In this document: in pieces, positions 26,565-40,243 of the stretch | Layout of the letters: each line of letters starts with the position of its first letter | How positions within the stretch are numbered: the first letter of the stretch is position 1 | Notes under the pieces: model-generated | What the model was told of the DNA's origin: nothing | Databases searched by the model: none | What the model saw: only the letters and a program-made list of their open reading frames with translations | Made by a program: the position numbers and the translations under genes | NCBI RefSeq assembly: GCF_963921235.1 | Contig: NC_086097.1 | Location: forward strand, 91,142,001 to 91,206,000 | DNA: 64,000 bases | Direction of reading: 5' to 3' | Source of the DNA: Mobula hypostoma | Lineage: Eukaryota

Positions 26565-26840
26565 ACCCATTTACACTAATCCATCATTGTCCATTATTAT
26601 CACCCCACATTCTCAGCATCTTCCCCTCGATTGTACAGCTCACCTGTACAAGGGGCAATTTCCAGGGACTAATTAACCCTTCAGCCGACTTATTTTTGAG
26701 ATGTGGGAGGAAACTGGAGGATCAGGAGGAAACCCACACAGTAACAGTGGGAGCATGCAAACTCCACACAGACAGCACCCAAAGTCAGGACTGAAATTGG
26801 TTCTGGCTTTATGTGCTACCAGCTGTGACAGTGCACTGCC
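26565..26840 (-). mobile_element. tRNA-derived SINE (HE1/V-SINE-like)
   Basis: gtgggaggaaactggag...ggaaacccacacag...gcaaactccacacagacagcacc core shared with copies at ~16510-16650, ~36470-36740, ~37050-37330 and ~50857-51240. Confidence 0.7.
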
Positions 26841-26859
26841 CACTCTAGGCTAAACCAAA

Positions 26860-27285
26860 TATAAGCCCATAACGTATATAGGAGCAGAATTAGGCATTTA
26901 GCCCATCGAGTCTGCTCCACCATTTCATCATGGCTTATCCATTTTTCCACTCAGCTCCAATCTCCTGCCTTCTCCACCCCTCCCTCTCAGTATCCCTTCA
27001 TGCCCTGACCAATCAAGAATCTATTAATCTCTGCCTTAAATATACGTAAAGACTTAGCCTCCACAGCTGCCTGTGGCATCGAATTCCACAGATTCATCAC
27101 TCTCTAGCTAAAGAAATTCCTCCTCATTTCCATTCTAAAAGGAGGCTCCTCTATTCTGAGGCTGTGTCCTCTGGTCTTTGACTCTCCTACCATAGGAAGC
27201 ATCCTCTCCACCTCCACCCTATCAAGGCCTTTCACCAATCGATAGGTTTCAATTAGGTCACCCCTCATCCTTCTGAATTCTGGTA
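26860..27285 (-). mobile_element. CR1 3' end
   Basis: Highly similar to 12698-13100 and 55124-55520. Confidence 0.85.
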
Positions 27286-29970
27286 GAATTCAGGGATAAG
27301 GGAAGATAGACTTTTTTCTTTCACTCCTGTGATCAGATCGTTCTCAGCTCACTCCCTCGGAACATACAGTGAATTCAAAGGAGAACAGCTCCACTGAGCA
27401 ACACAAAAATCTAAGGCAACAATGTGATAATCACCAGACAATCCACTTACAGAAATAAAACAGAACATTGTGGGGAATTCACAAATGGTCAGGAAACATC
27501 TGAAGTGAGTTCACAGTTCAGTAAGTAATCCTTTGAGTTGATACTTGTCAATGAACAGGAGAGGATTAATGGATAAGGGAAAAACATAGAAAAATGGGAC
27601 TAGCTTAGATGAACGTCTTGGTTGGCATGGACAAGTTGGGCCAAATGGTCTGTTTCCACTCTGTATTACTCCATGAGACTATAAGACCTGAATGTTGTCC
27701 AGGATCCCGGGTAGAATTCCCCAACTCCAATATTGTGCTGTGCTGTACAATATTGTTCTCACGATGCTTTGTCGAAAGGGCAGATGGAGCTCACTATAAG
27801 AATTACATGACATATAGCAAAGAAGCCCTCCTCAGTACCGCACAAGAGTGAGTACTGAATCTTCTGGGGTACGGCATGAACTCCAAATTCTCTGAGTTGA
27901 GAGTGCAGCTCAGTGAGACATGGTTGATGCACAAGTGCTGTGACCTCCTTCCCTTCTATAGAATATAACACCCTGTTCCCATTCTAGTCTTCAAGATGTC
28001 AACTATTTACTCTTTTCCATATATGCTGTCTGACCCGCTGAGTTCCTCTAGCATTTTGTGTGTGTTGCTTTGATTTCCAGCATCTGCAGATGTTCTCGTG
28101 TTTGTGTTCCCACCCGGCATCCATTGTGAAAGTCAATGAATGATCCCAGTACTGCTTTCATTATCACCAGAACTCTATGGCAGCTTAAACCTGGCCAGAA
28201 TTCATTCACAAATTTCACCCTTGTCCATCAATCATCCTCCTCTCTCATCTTCTAGGAGCCTCCTTGTCGGATTTGTAACTATGGGTGTCTTCTGTGCTTG
28301 GGTGTCTCTTTAAGATGTCCATGTTTGAACCTTGAAAAGCATTGTTCTTCTTTCATGTTTCTGTGAGCATGGGAGTGACTAATAACTTAGAATTATTCCA
28401 TAAACTAGTCAACCATGAGGAATCTTCTGAGCCTGATGTAGATCTGATAGACAAACTTTTAAAAAGAGAAGGAGAAAGTTTAAAGGTTTAAGACAACATT
28501 TTTACACAGAGGTAGGTAGGTGTCTGGAATCCGCTGCCTGGGGAAATGATGGAAGCAGATACAGAGCAGTATTTAAGACACATTTAGAGAGGCATATGAA
28601 CTGTCAGGAAGTAGAGGGATATTGACTACATGGAGGCAGATGAGCAGTTTAAATCAGCATCACGGTTGGTACACGCATCGTGGGCTGAAGGGCCTGTTAC
28701 TGCTCAGTGCTGTTCTATGTTTTACTGAGGGAGGGCTGCACCATCAGAGGTTCTTAAACTGCCTTGTCTTTCCCCTTGATGAGGCATTAAAGGCCCCGGG
28801 GGACCAATGATGAAGTCGAATACCTGGTATCCTGGACAATGTTCACCACCCATCAGACAGCACTCCTGGAAAAGGTCATTTGTTGATCACCAACATTTTT
28901 CTCTTCCATCTACATAGAATATAAATAGAACAGTACAGCACAGAAAAAGGTCTTCTGGACCAGTGTTGTGCTGAATAAACTGGTAATCAAAAGCCCAGTA
29001 AGCCCCCCCCCCCCACCTATGTAGGTCCATATCCCTCCATTCCCCACATATTCATGTGTCTCTGAGCCTGTTAAGTGCCTTATCCACCACCAGCCCTGGC
29101 AGAGCATTCCAGGCACCCTGCACTCTGTGTGAAGAATCCCTTTTCTATAGCTCCTTTGAACTTATTCCCTCTCAACTTAACTGCATGTCCTCTAGTATTT
29201 TGACACTGGGACTTCTAATGGCCTGTAGGGTGTGGGAACCATTCATTGCTCTGATTTGCGGCCACACCTCCACAATTTGCCTTGTAGCTCTTGCCTGTAA
29301 ATAAATCTTCTCTGGCTACTCATCAAACTGCTGTTAGTTTAATTCCTTTCCTGCAGCCACCCTTTCCTCAATGGCTATATCCTTCTTCTTCAGCCTTAAA
29401 AAAACACCAAATTGCTTTCCTTGTATTTTATTGCCTTGCCTATAAAACTGCATTACTTTTTAATTTTATCCTGTAAATATGCTTGCAAAACAAGGCATGA
29501 TGGAAGACATCATCGCCTCTCCAGCAGAAGAGGCCTAGCAGAGAAAATGGAAATTGCCTCTGTAGCTTCAGGCAGCTTTGTGATTGCACTTGTAAGCAGT
29601 TACAAGATGCCAGTCTTGCTCTCTGAATGCTGATCACATACGAAGGCTCAGAACACTTGCAAACTACCATCATAGCTCAGCTGCATGACTGGTTTGACAG
29701 CAATGAGTTGAAATCCATCTCTTGTTGAGAGGGCTAAACAGGCAACCCCTCCCAGTGTCTAGATCTAGCAGAAGATTTTAGTCAATTCCAGTCCCTCATT
29801 ATAGGAGGGATGTAGAGGCTATTGGGAGAGTGCAGAAGAACTTTGCCAGAACACTACCTGGATTAGAGGGCAGGTGCTGTAAGGAGAGATTAGATAAAAT
29901 CCAGTTGTTTTGTCCGGAGTGACAAAGGCTGAAGGAGCACCAAATAGAAGAATAAAATTGTCAGGAGCTT

Positions 29971-30569
29971 AGTCATAGTCATAGTCATAGTCATAGTCAT
30001 ACTTTATTGATCCCGGGGTAAATTGGTTTTCATTACAGTTGCACCATAAATAATAAATAGTAATAAAACCATAAATAATTAAATAGTAACATGTAAGTTA
30101 TGCCAGGAAATAAGTCCAGGACCAGCCTATTGGCTCAGGGTGTCTGACCCTCCAAGGGAGGAGTTGTAAAGTTTGATGGCCACAGGCAGGAATAACTTCC
30201 TATGACGTTCTGTGCTGCATCTCGGTGGAATGAGTCTCTGGCTGAATGTACTCCTGTGCCCAACCAGTACATTATGTAGTGGATGGGAGACATTGTCCAA
30301 GATGGCATGCAACTTAGACAGCATCCTCTTTTCAGACACCACCGTCAGAGAGACCAGTTCCATCCCCACAACATCACTGGCCTTACGAATGAGTTTGTTG
30401 ATTCTGTTGGTGTCTGCCACCCTCAGCCTGCTGCTCCAGCACACGACAGCAAACATGATAGCACTGGCCACCACAGACTCGTAGAACATCCTCAGCATCG
30501 TCCGGCAGATGTTAAATGACCTCAGTCTCCTCAGGAAATAGAGACGGCTCTGACCCTTCTTGTAGACAG
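29971..30569 (-). mobile_element. Rex1/Babar 3' part inserted in a CR1 (~29780-30805)
   Basis: ORF 30127-30633 KKGQSRLYFLRRLRSFNIC...FYESVVASA...FLPVAIKLYN; (gtcata)n tail at 29972-30001. Confidence 0.9.
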
Positions 30570-30805
30570 TCTTAAATATAGTAGACAGCTGGTATCTTTT
30601 TCTGGGGTCAAAATATGTAACAGGAGAGGGCATGCATTTAAAGTGAGGGGGGAAAATTCATAGGAGGTGTATGTCCAATTTTTTTTATTATGCAGCAACT
30701 GGTGGATGCCTGAAAAGGTAATAAAAGCAAATACTGTAAGGTAGAGGTGTTAAAATGCTCTTAGACAGCTACGTGAATATGTAGAGAATGGAAGGATATG
30801 GACCA

Positions 30806-31955
30806 TGTCTGGATGACTATCACCCAATTGTGCTCACATGTACTGTGATGAAGTTCTTTGAGAGGTTGGTCATGGCCAGAATCAACTCCTGCCTAAGCAA
30901 GGACCTGGACCTGTTGCAATTTGCCGATTGCCACAATAGGTCTACAGTGGATGCAATCTCATTAGCTCTGCACTTCGCCTTGGACTACCTGGACAACAGC
31001 AACATCTACATCAAGCTGCTGTTTATTGATTACAGCTCAATGTTCAACAGCATCATATGCTCAGAGTTAATTAAAAAGCTTCAAAATCTGGGCCTCTCTC
31101 TGCGACTCAATCCTTGACTTCCTCATCAGGAGACCGCAGTTGGTGTGGGTCAGAAATAACATCTCCTCATCATTGACAATCAACACTGGTGCATTACAAG
31201 CTTGCATGCTAAGCCTACTGCTCTACACCCTTGACTGTGTGGCTAGGCGCAGCTCAAACACCACCTATAAATTTGCTGATAACACGACTATTGTTGGCAG
31301 AATCTCAGATGGTGATGAGGTGTACAGGAGTGAGGTAGATCAGCTGGTTGAGTGGTGTCACAGCAACAACCTTGCACTCAATGCCAAGGAATTGATTGTG
31401 GACTTAAGGAAGGGGAAGTCGAGGGAACACACACCAGTCCTCATCAAGGGATCAGCAATAGAAAGGGTGAGCTGTTTCAAGTCAACATCACTGAAGATCT
31501 ATCCTGGGCCCAACATATTGAAGGCATAACAGTGACTATATTTCATTAGGAGCTTGAGCAGATTTGTTATGTAGCCTCCCCAGAATCAAGGACATCCTCA
31601 AAACGCGATGCCTCAGAAAGGTGGCATCCATTATTAAGGACCCCCATCACCCAGGACATGTCCTCTTCTCAATGCTACCATTAAGAAAGAGGTACAGGAG
31701 CCTGAAGACACACACTCAATGTTTTAGGAACAGCTCCATCCCCTCTGCTATCAGATTTCTGAATGGGCAATAACCCCAGGTACACCACCTCACTATTTTT
31801 TCTCTCTCTCATTTTGCACTAATTACTTAATTACATTTTTTATATATTTCTTATTGTAATTTATAGTTTTTACTATGTATTGCACTGTACTGCTGTCACA
31901 AAACAACAAATTTTATGACGAGTCAGTGATATTAAACCTGATTCCGATTCAGATT
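30806..31955 (+). mobile_element. Rex1/Babar RT and 3' end
   Basis: ORFs 30788-31117, 31140-31529 (KFADNTTIVG) and 31564-31773. Confidence 0.88.
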
Positions 31956-32469
31956 CTTGTGAACGCGGAATAGACTAGGCGTCGGTTTCTTAATTAGTTT
32001 GGCTCAGGTTTGTGAGTTAACGGGCACGTTCCTGTGCTATAAAGTTCTATGGTCTATTTTTATTTAAATCTAGGAGGTAATTAAAGTAATTAATTTCAGT
32101 AATTAATGTTTAAATAAAGATTTTACTTGGTGGCTAGAGGCACCAGCGTACTCTTCTCACCACCAACTCATTCCCCTCCTCACCCAGCTCTCTGCCCCAG
32201 TGTCAGTGATTTCCCAGCACCCCTTGCAGTCTCTCCACTATGATCTCCTCACTAGCCCTCCATTTTCTCTCTCTCTCCTTGAACCTATTCCCACTGGGAT
32301 CTCACCTGCCACAATCCTTCATTGTCTCCCATTGATCTCTTCCTGCATTCCATCGATTTCTTCTGCTGTGATTTCTTCTTCATAATATCTACGCCATGTT
32401 CCCTCCTGCCATGGTCTCCAGCCCCTGGCAATCTTTTTCCACATAATAAATTTACAGAAAATAGGAACA

Positions 32470-32757
32470 ACTCAAACCGAATGCTGGAGGAATTCAGCAA
32501 GCCAGACAGCATCATTGGAAAGGAACGGTTGGCATCTCAGGCTGAGACCCTTCATTAGGACTGGAAGAAGGAGAGGGAGCCAGAATTAAAGTTGGCAAGA
32601 GGAGAATGGCATCTTCTTCCCTCCTTTCCAGTCCTGTTAAAGGGTCTTGGCCTGAGATGGCAGCTGTTGGTCCCCTCTATGGATGCTGCCTGGCTTGCTG
32701 CGTTCCTCAAGCACTTTGTGTGTGTGTGTGTTTCCAGCATCTGCAGATTCTCTTGTG
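32470..32757. mobile_element. Short inverted Penelope-derived element
   Basis: Two Penelope ends in opposite orientation; TSD ttacagaaaataggaaca / ttacagaaaacaggagca (32452-32469, 32758-32775). Confidence 0.8.
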
Positions 32758-33075
32758 TTACAGAAAACAGGAGCAGGAACAATATGATCATAATTGATCT
32801 TTCACCTCAGAACCCTGTTCCTGCTTGCTCCCTATCTCTCATTATCCCTTTAGCATTAAGAAATACAGTATATCAATTTCCACCTACATGTATTTAATCA
32901 CTGGACCTTTATCATCTTTTGTAGTAGATGATCCATAAATTCACTACCCTCTGGGTGAATACATTTCTCATAAAGCTAAATGGCATTTCCCATATCTTGA
33001 GGCTATGACCTTGGTTTTGGACTTCCCATTGATTGGGAACATCTATCCTGTGTCAATTCTGTTTAATGTTGTTCA

Positions 33076-33946
33076 TGTAACCCTCTCACTAGGACTCGTA
33101 CACCAAGTTGGCTGGTTAGCTAACTCTGCCAACAGCCATGTTGTTCACCAGTTAGAAGGCCACCTTCCATAAGCAACACACGTCTAGGGTCAGTACGATT
33201 TGGGTTCAACCAAACAGGAAAGTTGGAATGTTCCTGGGAGGGATGTGAACTGTAGTGAATGCTGTGTAACTACTGCCCCATGTAAAGATATTGTTCACCA
33301 GAAAAGTAACAGATCATGCACTGGCATAAAATTACAAAGGAAGTATATTTACCAACATTTCAACTTTAACAGTTAACAAAAAAGAAAGAAAAATAAGAGG
33401 GTCCTTTACAATTAAACCAGTCAAAATCTGCACATAAATGTTGGAGCTCATTCCTGGAGTAGTCACTTTGATTACTCGTACACTGAACCTATGTTCTACG
33501 TGAAGGACACCAGTCACAGTTTGAACTTCCTTCAAAGACCATTTCTAATGGACTGGCTAATTCAGGAGTATTGGCACTTCCTCCTTTGAACCATTCGCCT
33601 GCACAAAGTACTCCGTACAATAGGGTCTCCACTTGGGGTGGGATCCTACGAGCATCTTCCCTTGTCCTGACAAAAAAGCTCCAAACCAGAGTACTGTCCT
33701 CCAGATTTCAGATCCCACCCAGCTCTTTTAAATCTTCGATGGCATCCCACTGGGCAAAAAGTTACAACACGTTACCACGGCAAACCTGATTGGCTGATGC
33801 AACATTCCAAAGTTGGACAAAATGGCTCCTTATCTTTGGCTGAAACCAAAACACTCTTACTTACAGGACACACAGCTTTTGCAGAAAACTGCTAAAATAA
33901 ATATACCTCACAGCATAGCAGTAGAAATCTTAACTAGAGCATTACA
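33076..33946. mobile_element. Putative solo LTR
   Basis: TGTAA...TTACA termini, non-coding; TSD not clean. Confidence 0.4.
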
Positions 33947-33948
33947 TT

Positions 33949-34269
33949 TGTCGTGGTGTGTACTGACAGATGACTGAACCCAAGTGTGGAGGAATGACAG
34001 ATTCCCATGTTGAGATAGAAATAAGAGTTTATTCAAAGGAATTTCAACAGAATATTGGTGTCACCGCCAGGTGAATCATTCTCGAAACACACAAAGATCC
34101 CACAATCAGTGCTAATCAGGAGTCCGCTCGAAATAATCACAGTACACTGACAGCCTGTGCCAGTCAAAATAAACTTAACAAGATTAAACAGAAAGCACAA
34201 GGGCTTAATGACTCTAGATAAGACAGCAATTAACAAATATAGGTGCACTGGCCCGCAGGGCTCATGACA
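33949..34269. mobile_element. Putative solo LTR; related copy at ~48255-48580
   Basis: TGTCGTG...CATGACA termini; shared ordered motifs gagtttatt, aacagaatat, ctaatcagg, tcaaaataaac, agaaagcac. Confidence 0.55.
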
Positions 34270-35412
34270 GTTGATAGAGTCATACAAGATTCCTTGTCAT
34301 TCTTCCAAACTTCTAAGACTAATTAGTAATTGGCTTATTATTGTCACGTGTACTGAGGTACAGTGAGAAACTTTGCTTTGCATGCTATTGATACAGATCA
34401 TTTCACAACATCAGTACATTGAGGCAGTACAAATGAAAAACATTAACAGAATGCAGATTCTAGAGTTACAAATGCAGAATACTGATGTAAAATATCCTGT
34501 TATAGATGCAGATATAGTGTTTCAAATGCCAAATATAATGTTGCAATGCAGAATATAGAATATAGGACCAAACCCCGTCTCTCCTTGTACACAAGTCCTA
34601 CCAGCTCTGCGGTCTATTAAATAAACTTTTGGTACACCCTTTCTATGACAACATCAGATTAGATTACTACTGCACACACAACTCCAGCTGGGGTTCTCAC
34701 TCCAACCCTGTACAACTTTAGCCAGACAGCTCCTGTACTCAAATTATCTTGCAATGAAGACCAACTTCCTCTCATCCAATGGTCTTTCACATCCTGATCT
34801 CAACCCCCTCATGATCGCTCCCCTGTGATATCTCCTACTCTGATTTTTTGGGGGCTGACAGTTTCTCCTTCCACTACTCTTCCTGTTGTGATCTCCAGAA
34901 CTGCTTTTCTTTCCTAGGTGACTTCTCTCCCCCCAGAGCACCTCCTTTGGACAATCATTAATGACATGTCCAACATCCCTGAGACAAAGCAGATGGGCTC
35001 TCTTGTTAACAAGCCTGAATCATGGGTGCCATAATATTTCACTTCACAGTTGAGCACTTGAACTAATCAGCAATGTGATGGTGATGTCATCTTCCTTTGA
35101 CTAAACCCACAGTCAAGACTGCAAATGCCAGGTTGAATTACTCTGGTGAAATTACATTACTACACATACATGGCCTCTTTAACTCAATTATACAGCATAC
35201 AATTATCTTCAGATGGCCCTTTGAGATCACCAAGAAATATGTCTAGTTGAAATTAAATAAAGCTTGTTATTGTTAACCCATTGAAGTCCAGTGTGTGATC
35301 CCATTATCCCTGAAGCTGAAAGCAATACTTTCAAAGAAAGGTAACCTTGTATTTTAGCACTTAAGTGTATTAAAAATACTTTTAAAGAGTAAAAGTTAGT
35401 ATTGATAGAAAA

Positions 35413-35545
35413 GAGCAAACACGAGGAAATCTGCAAATGCCGGAAGTTCAAGCAACACACATAAAAGTTGCTGGTGAACGCAGCAGGCCAGGCAGCATCT
35501 CTAGGAAGAGGTACAGTCGACGTTTCAGGCCAAGACCCTTTGTCA
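35413..35545 (-). mobile_element. Mini Penelope end insertion
   Basis: Exact 12-bp TSD attgatagaaaa (35401-35412, 35546-35557); matches the end of 52314-53813. Confidence 0.85.
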
Positions 35546-36469
35546 ATTGATAGAAAACAGACCTTCTTCATACAACAAGGCCTCACAAGAGGCAATGAGT
35601 TATTACTCAGATAATCTGTTTTAGTGACATTGATTGAGGAAAAATTCTTGGTCAGTTCCAAAAGGTGCCATTGGATCATTTCCCTCATCCTGACAGGTAT
35701 GATGGTGCTTTGCTTTAACATCTCATTTGAACATCACCACCACCGACGGTAGATCATTTGGCCTTCACTCCCTGAAAGTACAGCAGGTCTCACACACAGA
35801 AGATCATGGTGGAGCGTGGCTGGCCCAGCACTTCCAACCTGTAGCAATCTACAGTCTCCATCTTCAGGCTGGGTGGCTTGTCTCTGGTCAGCTCATGACT
35901 CCAGTCTGAAGCCTGCTCTCAAGCCTGTTTCTGGCCAGGTGGTGAAAGGATGTTTGATACCAATGTGATTTCAGTAAACATATCCAAAACACCCATTCTG
36001 TTAGAGATTTCCCTTTCCTATTGTCTGAAACTTGATCTCAATCCATCATTATTCCAATCAATGTTTATGCATTTGATCATGACATAAACCGCATAAATCT
36101 CAACACACTCCTTAAATGTTTCCTTAGTGCCTGTCTATCTGTCCCATGCATTACTGCTTCATTGGCTGCAGCACCGCTGGTGGTAGCTTTCTAAGATGCA
36201 ATGGAGTAGGTGACGGTTGACCCTGAAGGACGAAATCCCGGTCCAAGAAAGACCAGTTTTATTAGTTAAGAGCAGCAGTATTGCTTGTTGACTATCAGCA
36301 ATAAGTCAGTATACCTGTTAGGACAGACAGTGTCCCTTCTCAGGTCCTGAGCAGCTAGAGGCCAGTTATCCATTATGACCTTCTGCAGCCTCCTCAGAAA
36401 TATTTCACAGCCTCCAGGTTCCAAGTATTCATCATGAACACCTATCAAGCCTCCTCCCCAGGCTGGTCC

Positions 36470-36740
36470 AGGTTAGCACAACGCTTCACAGTCCCAGCGA
36501 CCCAGGTTCAATTCAGCCCACTGTTAGTCAGGAGTTTGTATGTTCTCCCCATGGCTGGGTGGGTTTCCTCTAGGTGCTCCGTTCCTCTCACATTCCAAAA
36601 TCTATCATTTAGTAAGTTAATTGGTCACCGTGAATTGTCCAGTGATTAGGCTAGGGTTAGATTAGGAGTTGCTGGGCGCCACGGCTCAAAGGGCCAGGAG
36701 GGTCTATTCTGTGCTACATCTCAATCAATAAATAAATAAC
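36470..36740 (+). mobile_element. tRNA-derived SINE
   Basis: ggttagcacaacg...ggttcaattc head, ggagtttgtatgttctcccc core, (aataa)n tail. Confidence 0.75.
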
Positions 36741-37796
36741 AGGCATCTTTCTTCCCCTATCTGCTCTATCAAATCCCTTCACAGTTCTTAGCAGATCTAC
36801 TAACTCCCTCTTGATCTTCTCTACTTAAAGGAAAAGATATTCCAGTTTCTCCACAGTCATTAAATCAGGGCAGCACAGAAAATAGAGCCTAAAACTAACA
36901 GATTCTGCAGATGTTGGAAGCGTTGAGCAATACACACAAAATTCTGGAGGAACTCCGCAAGTCAGGCAGCATCTATGGAGGGAAATAAACAATCAACATT
37001 TTGAGCCAAGACCCTTCTTCAGGGCATACGATGAATGACCCTTCATCAGAAAGTAGAGACGCTATTTCACAGTTCCAATGTCTGGCTTTAGTCCTGATCT
37101 TTGGTACTGTCTGTGTGTGAAATTTGCATGTTCTTTCCAATATATGTGAGTTTTGCCTGGGTGCTCCAGTTTCCCCACACAATGTAAAAGCTTGTGAGTT
37201 GGTAGCCTAATTGGCTGGTGTAAATTGCCCCTCACGGGCTGACGAGTGGTGGAGTTTCGGGAAAATAAATAGGATTAAAATGGCTGCTGGACTGAAGGGC
37301 CGATTTCAGTGCGACGTGACTCTCTGTGTTAATAGGATTTCCAAGTTTCATCATTGTCCTGACATATCCATTGGGCAGAGATTAAACTCAAAGGTTCAGC
37401 TACATGAAATCCAAGGAGCTAAAAAAAATCACAGTGACATTTTACAGAATGTGCTTTTTATGCCTCGTTTTGAACATCGTCCCTTGATCTTTATAAAATG
37501 TAACAGGAAAGGTTGGTTGTACAATTGCCAAACAAGGAGTCTGTTTGTATTCTAATTCAGCTGGAAAGGTGAAGCAGCGCGTGGTTACCAGTGGGAGACA
37601 GGGAGTTAGATTCTGCGGGTTGCACATGGTATGGAATATCTAATAAACAGCAAAGAAAAAGGTTACAGAGAATAGTGGACACAACCTGTTCCATCACGGA
37701 TCCACTGAAGAAATCAGCAAGAGGCAATATTTCAGGAAGGTTATATCCACAATCCAGGCCATGCCCTCTTCCCATTGCTGTCATCAGACAGGAGGC

Positions 37797-38186
37797 AGTA
37801 GGCAGCCGTCAATCCCAGGGGATCATGGGTTTGTGCCTCTGGTGGACTGTGTCCTCTCCAGGGCGCAAGCCTGGGCGGGAAGATTTGAAGAAACGGCTGT
37901 TGCCCATGCAGCGGGTTCCCCCTCTCCACGTCACTGATGTTGTCCAAGGGAAGGGCAAGTGCCAATACAGCTTGGCACCAGTGTCGTCGCAGAGGTTGCC
38001 AGAGTGAAGTTGTAAACAAAGTCAAACAGCCTTAGTGACCTCGGCTCTGGATTTCTTCCTCGAGGTTTACTCCCGAAGCCTTTCCCATGGGTGGGTATGG
38101 CCACAAGGCAGTGAAGGTTTAAAATCAGAGTTTTCCTTCTCCTAGGTGGGCTGCCGTCCGAGGCTGACGAGCCCCACCTGCCCGAA
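37797..38186 (-). mobile_element. Non-autonomous RTE-derived retroposon (5' UTR joined to 3' end), inserted in a Rex1 remnant
   Basis: Minus strand starts gggcaggtggggctcgtcagcc...ctaggagaaggaaaactctga (RTE-type 5' UTR, by recall) and ends ccatgatcccctgggattgacggctgcctac; degenerate TSD agacaggaggc/aggcaagagat. Confidence 0.6.
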
Positions 38187-39344
38187 AGGCAAGAGATGCA
38201 CAAGCCTGAAGACCCACAGCTCAATGTTCAACAATAGCTTCTTCCCCACTGCCATCAGATTCGTGAACAGACATGAAAAGCCCTAATTCTACCTTGAACT
38301 GTACTTCCCTCTACTTGTGCTCATTTTTGTGTATTTTGTGGTGTAAGATGTGTATAATTTATGTCAATTGAAGTTTTATGTAATTTATGTTTGCAATGTA
38401 CTGCGTTGCAGCAGCAGCTAATTTTAATGATATTTATACCCTGGGTATGTCCGCCCACGACAGTAAATTTGAACTTAAATTGCAGGGAGCAGGAACTCTT
38501 CAGGCATAGAGTCAAAACTGGTAACCATAAGCTGAAGGCAGGCAGAAGGACCCAGAATTAATACAACCAGAGAATTAACTGCAACAACATGACCTTAGCT
38601 ATCCATTAAATGAGGTGAAAAGGATTTTGAATTAATTCTCCTGTCTGAAGCCAAAGCATAGAGAGAAAAGCATTACTTAGCAAAGTGAATTACTTTCCCT
38701 TCAGGATCAGGGAGTGTTTCATCACGTCCTATCGGAAAAGTCTTGAGTTGTTCCGATGAAAAATTGTTCTTCTCCCTCTAGCAGGACCTTGTTGCTATAG
38801 ATATACTGTTTAAAGTATCCTGACAGGTTGCACCATGGTTTAGTACAGCAATTCAAGTGCGGAGGAAATAAGAAACCACAGAGAGTAGAAATCTCAGCAA
38901 AACCCACCATGGGCACATCCACCAACGAAGATCTCGGTATCCAGACAATGACACCTTCTCACAGCTGCCACCAGGCAGGAGTTACAGACATCCACACTAC
39001 CAAGTCCAAGCACAGCTACTTCCTTTCAACCGCTCATTTCTTGAACCAACCCCCACAATCCTAATCATTAACTCAGTATAGCAACACTTTATCACTTTGA
39101 TCATTTTGCACTAAAATTAACTTCATGCTTTTCTTTTCAAAGTTCAACCTTCAAAGTACATTTATTATCAAAGTATGAAAACAGAATACAGATCTGAGAT
39201 TTGTCCTCCCACAGGCAATGTGTTGTTCCAATTGTGCTCTTTCTTGTAAAGATTGTGTATAACTTATGCTTAATTTATGTTTTGTTTGTGATGCTCTGGG
39301 CCTGTGATGCAGCTGAAAGTAAGGCTTTCATTGCACTTGAATAT

Positions 39345-39603
39345 ATACTCAGTGGCCCACTGGATATATTTGTGGTGTTCTGCTGAGGCAGCCCGACCAC
39401 TTCAAGCTTCTATGTGTTGTGTGTTCAGAGATACCCCTCTGCACACTACTGTTGTAAGAGTTACTGTCACCTTCCTGTTAGCTTGAACCAGTCTGGCCAT
39501 TCTCTCTGACTCCCCTAATTAACAAGGCATTTTCACCCACAGAACTGCTGCTCACTGGATTTTTTTTTTTGTTTTTCTCACCATTCTCTGTAAATTCCAG
39601 AGA
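39345..39603. mobile_element. Tc1-like non-autonomous DNA transposon remnant
   Basis: tatactcagtggcc terminus and internal agcttgaaccagtctggccattctc...cagaactgctgctcactgga, resembling fish Tc1 derivatives (by recall). Confidence 0.5.
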
Positions 39604-40243
39604 TATCAGGCCTGCAGAGACAGGCACCTCCAGTCTCCATCCCCCTAACAGGAGTCACCTGCCACTCACTGCCAACTCATCACCTGCAGCCTATTTAAAC
39701 CCAGCTCACACCCACAGTCCTTGTTCAGCCATCGAACCAGCCAACCTCATACAGCAGCTCTGAACCTTCAGGTACCTTGTTGACTCTATTCCATCCTCCC
39801 TGTCCCTCCATTTCTTTTTACCTGCTCCATTAAAGAGACATTCCACACAGATGCCTCATACAGACTTCCACCTCTACTGGTCAATCTTCTTTAGTCTATC
39901 TGTGCAGCTGCAGGAGATTCATACCCAACATTTTATCTCTTTGCTTCCCACCATTCAGCCACCGAAGTACCCCTTCCAAGTGAAGCAGGACAGACTTTCT
40001 TTTCTTTCAATGCTGTCTATCCTGCACTGGAGAAACCAAATACTTGATGGAGTTTCTGCACTTATTCAACAAGGACATCTTTGAGCTTCTAGTTGCCTAA
40101 CATTTTAGGTTTCCATCTGATTCCCACTCCAAACTTTATCACTATTCACTGCCTTTAAAACAAGTGGAGCTTCACTTATACACTTGCCTTTCTTCTTTTA
40201 TCCTCATTTCTAATTGAAAAGAATAAGGCATGCTGAGATCATG

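Noticed and set aside
29972..30001. Short tandem repeats ((gtcata)n here, (catagaaa)n at 62157) as CRISPR-like or independent arrays
   Set aside because: They are LINE 3' tail microsatellites with no spacers; eukaryotic context
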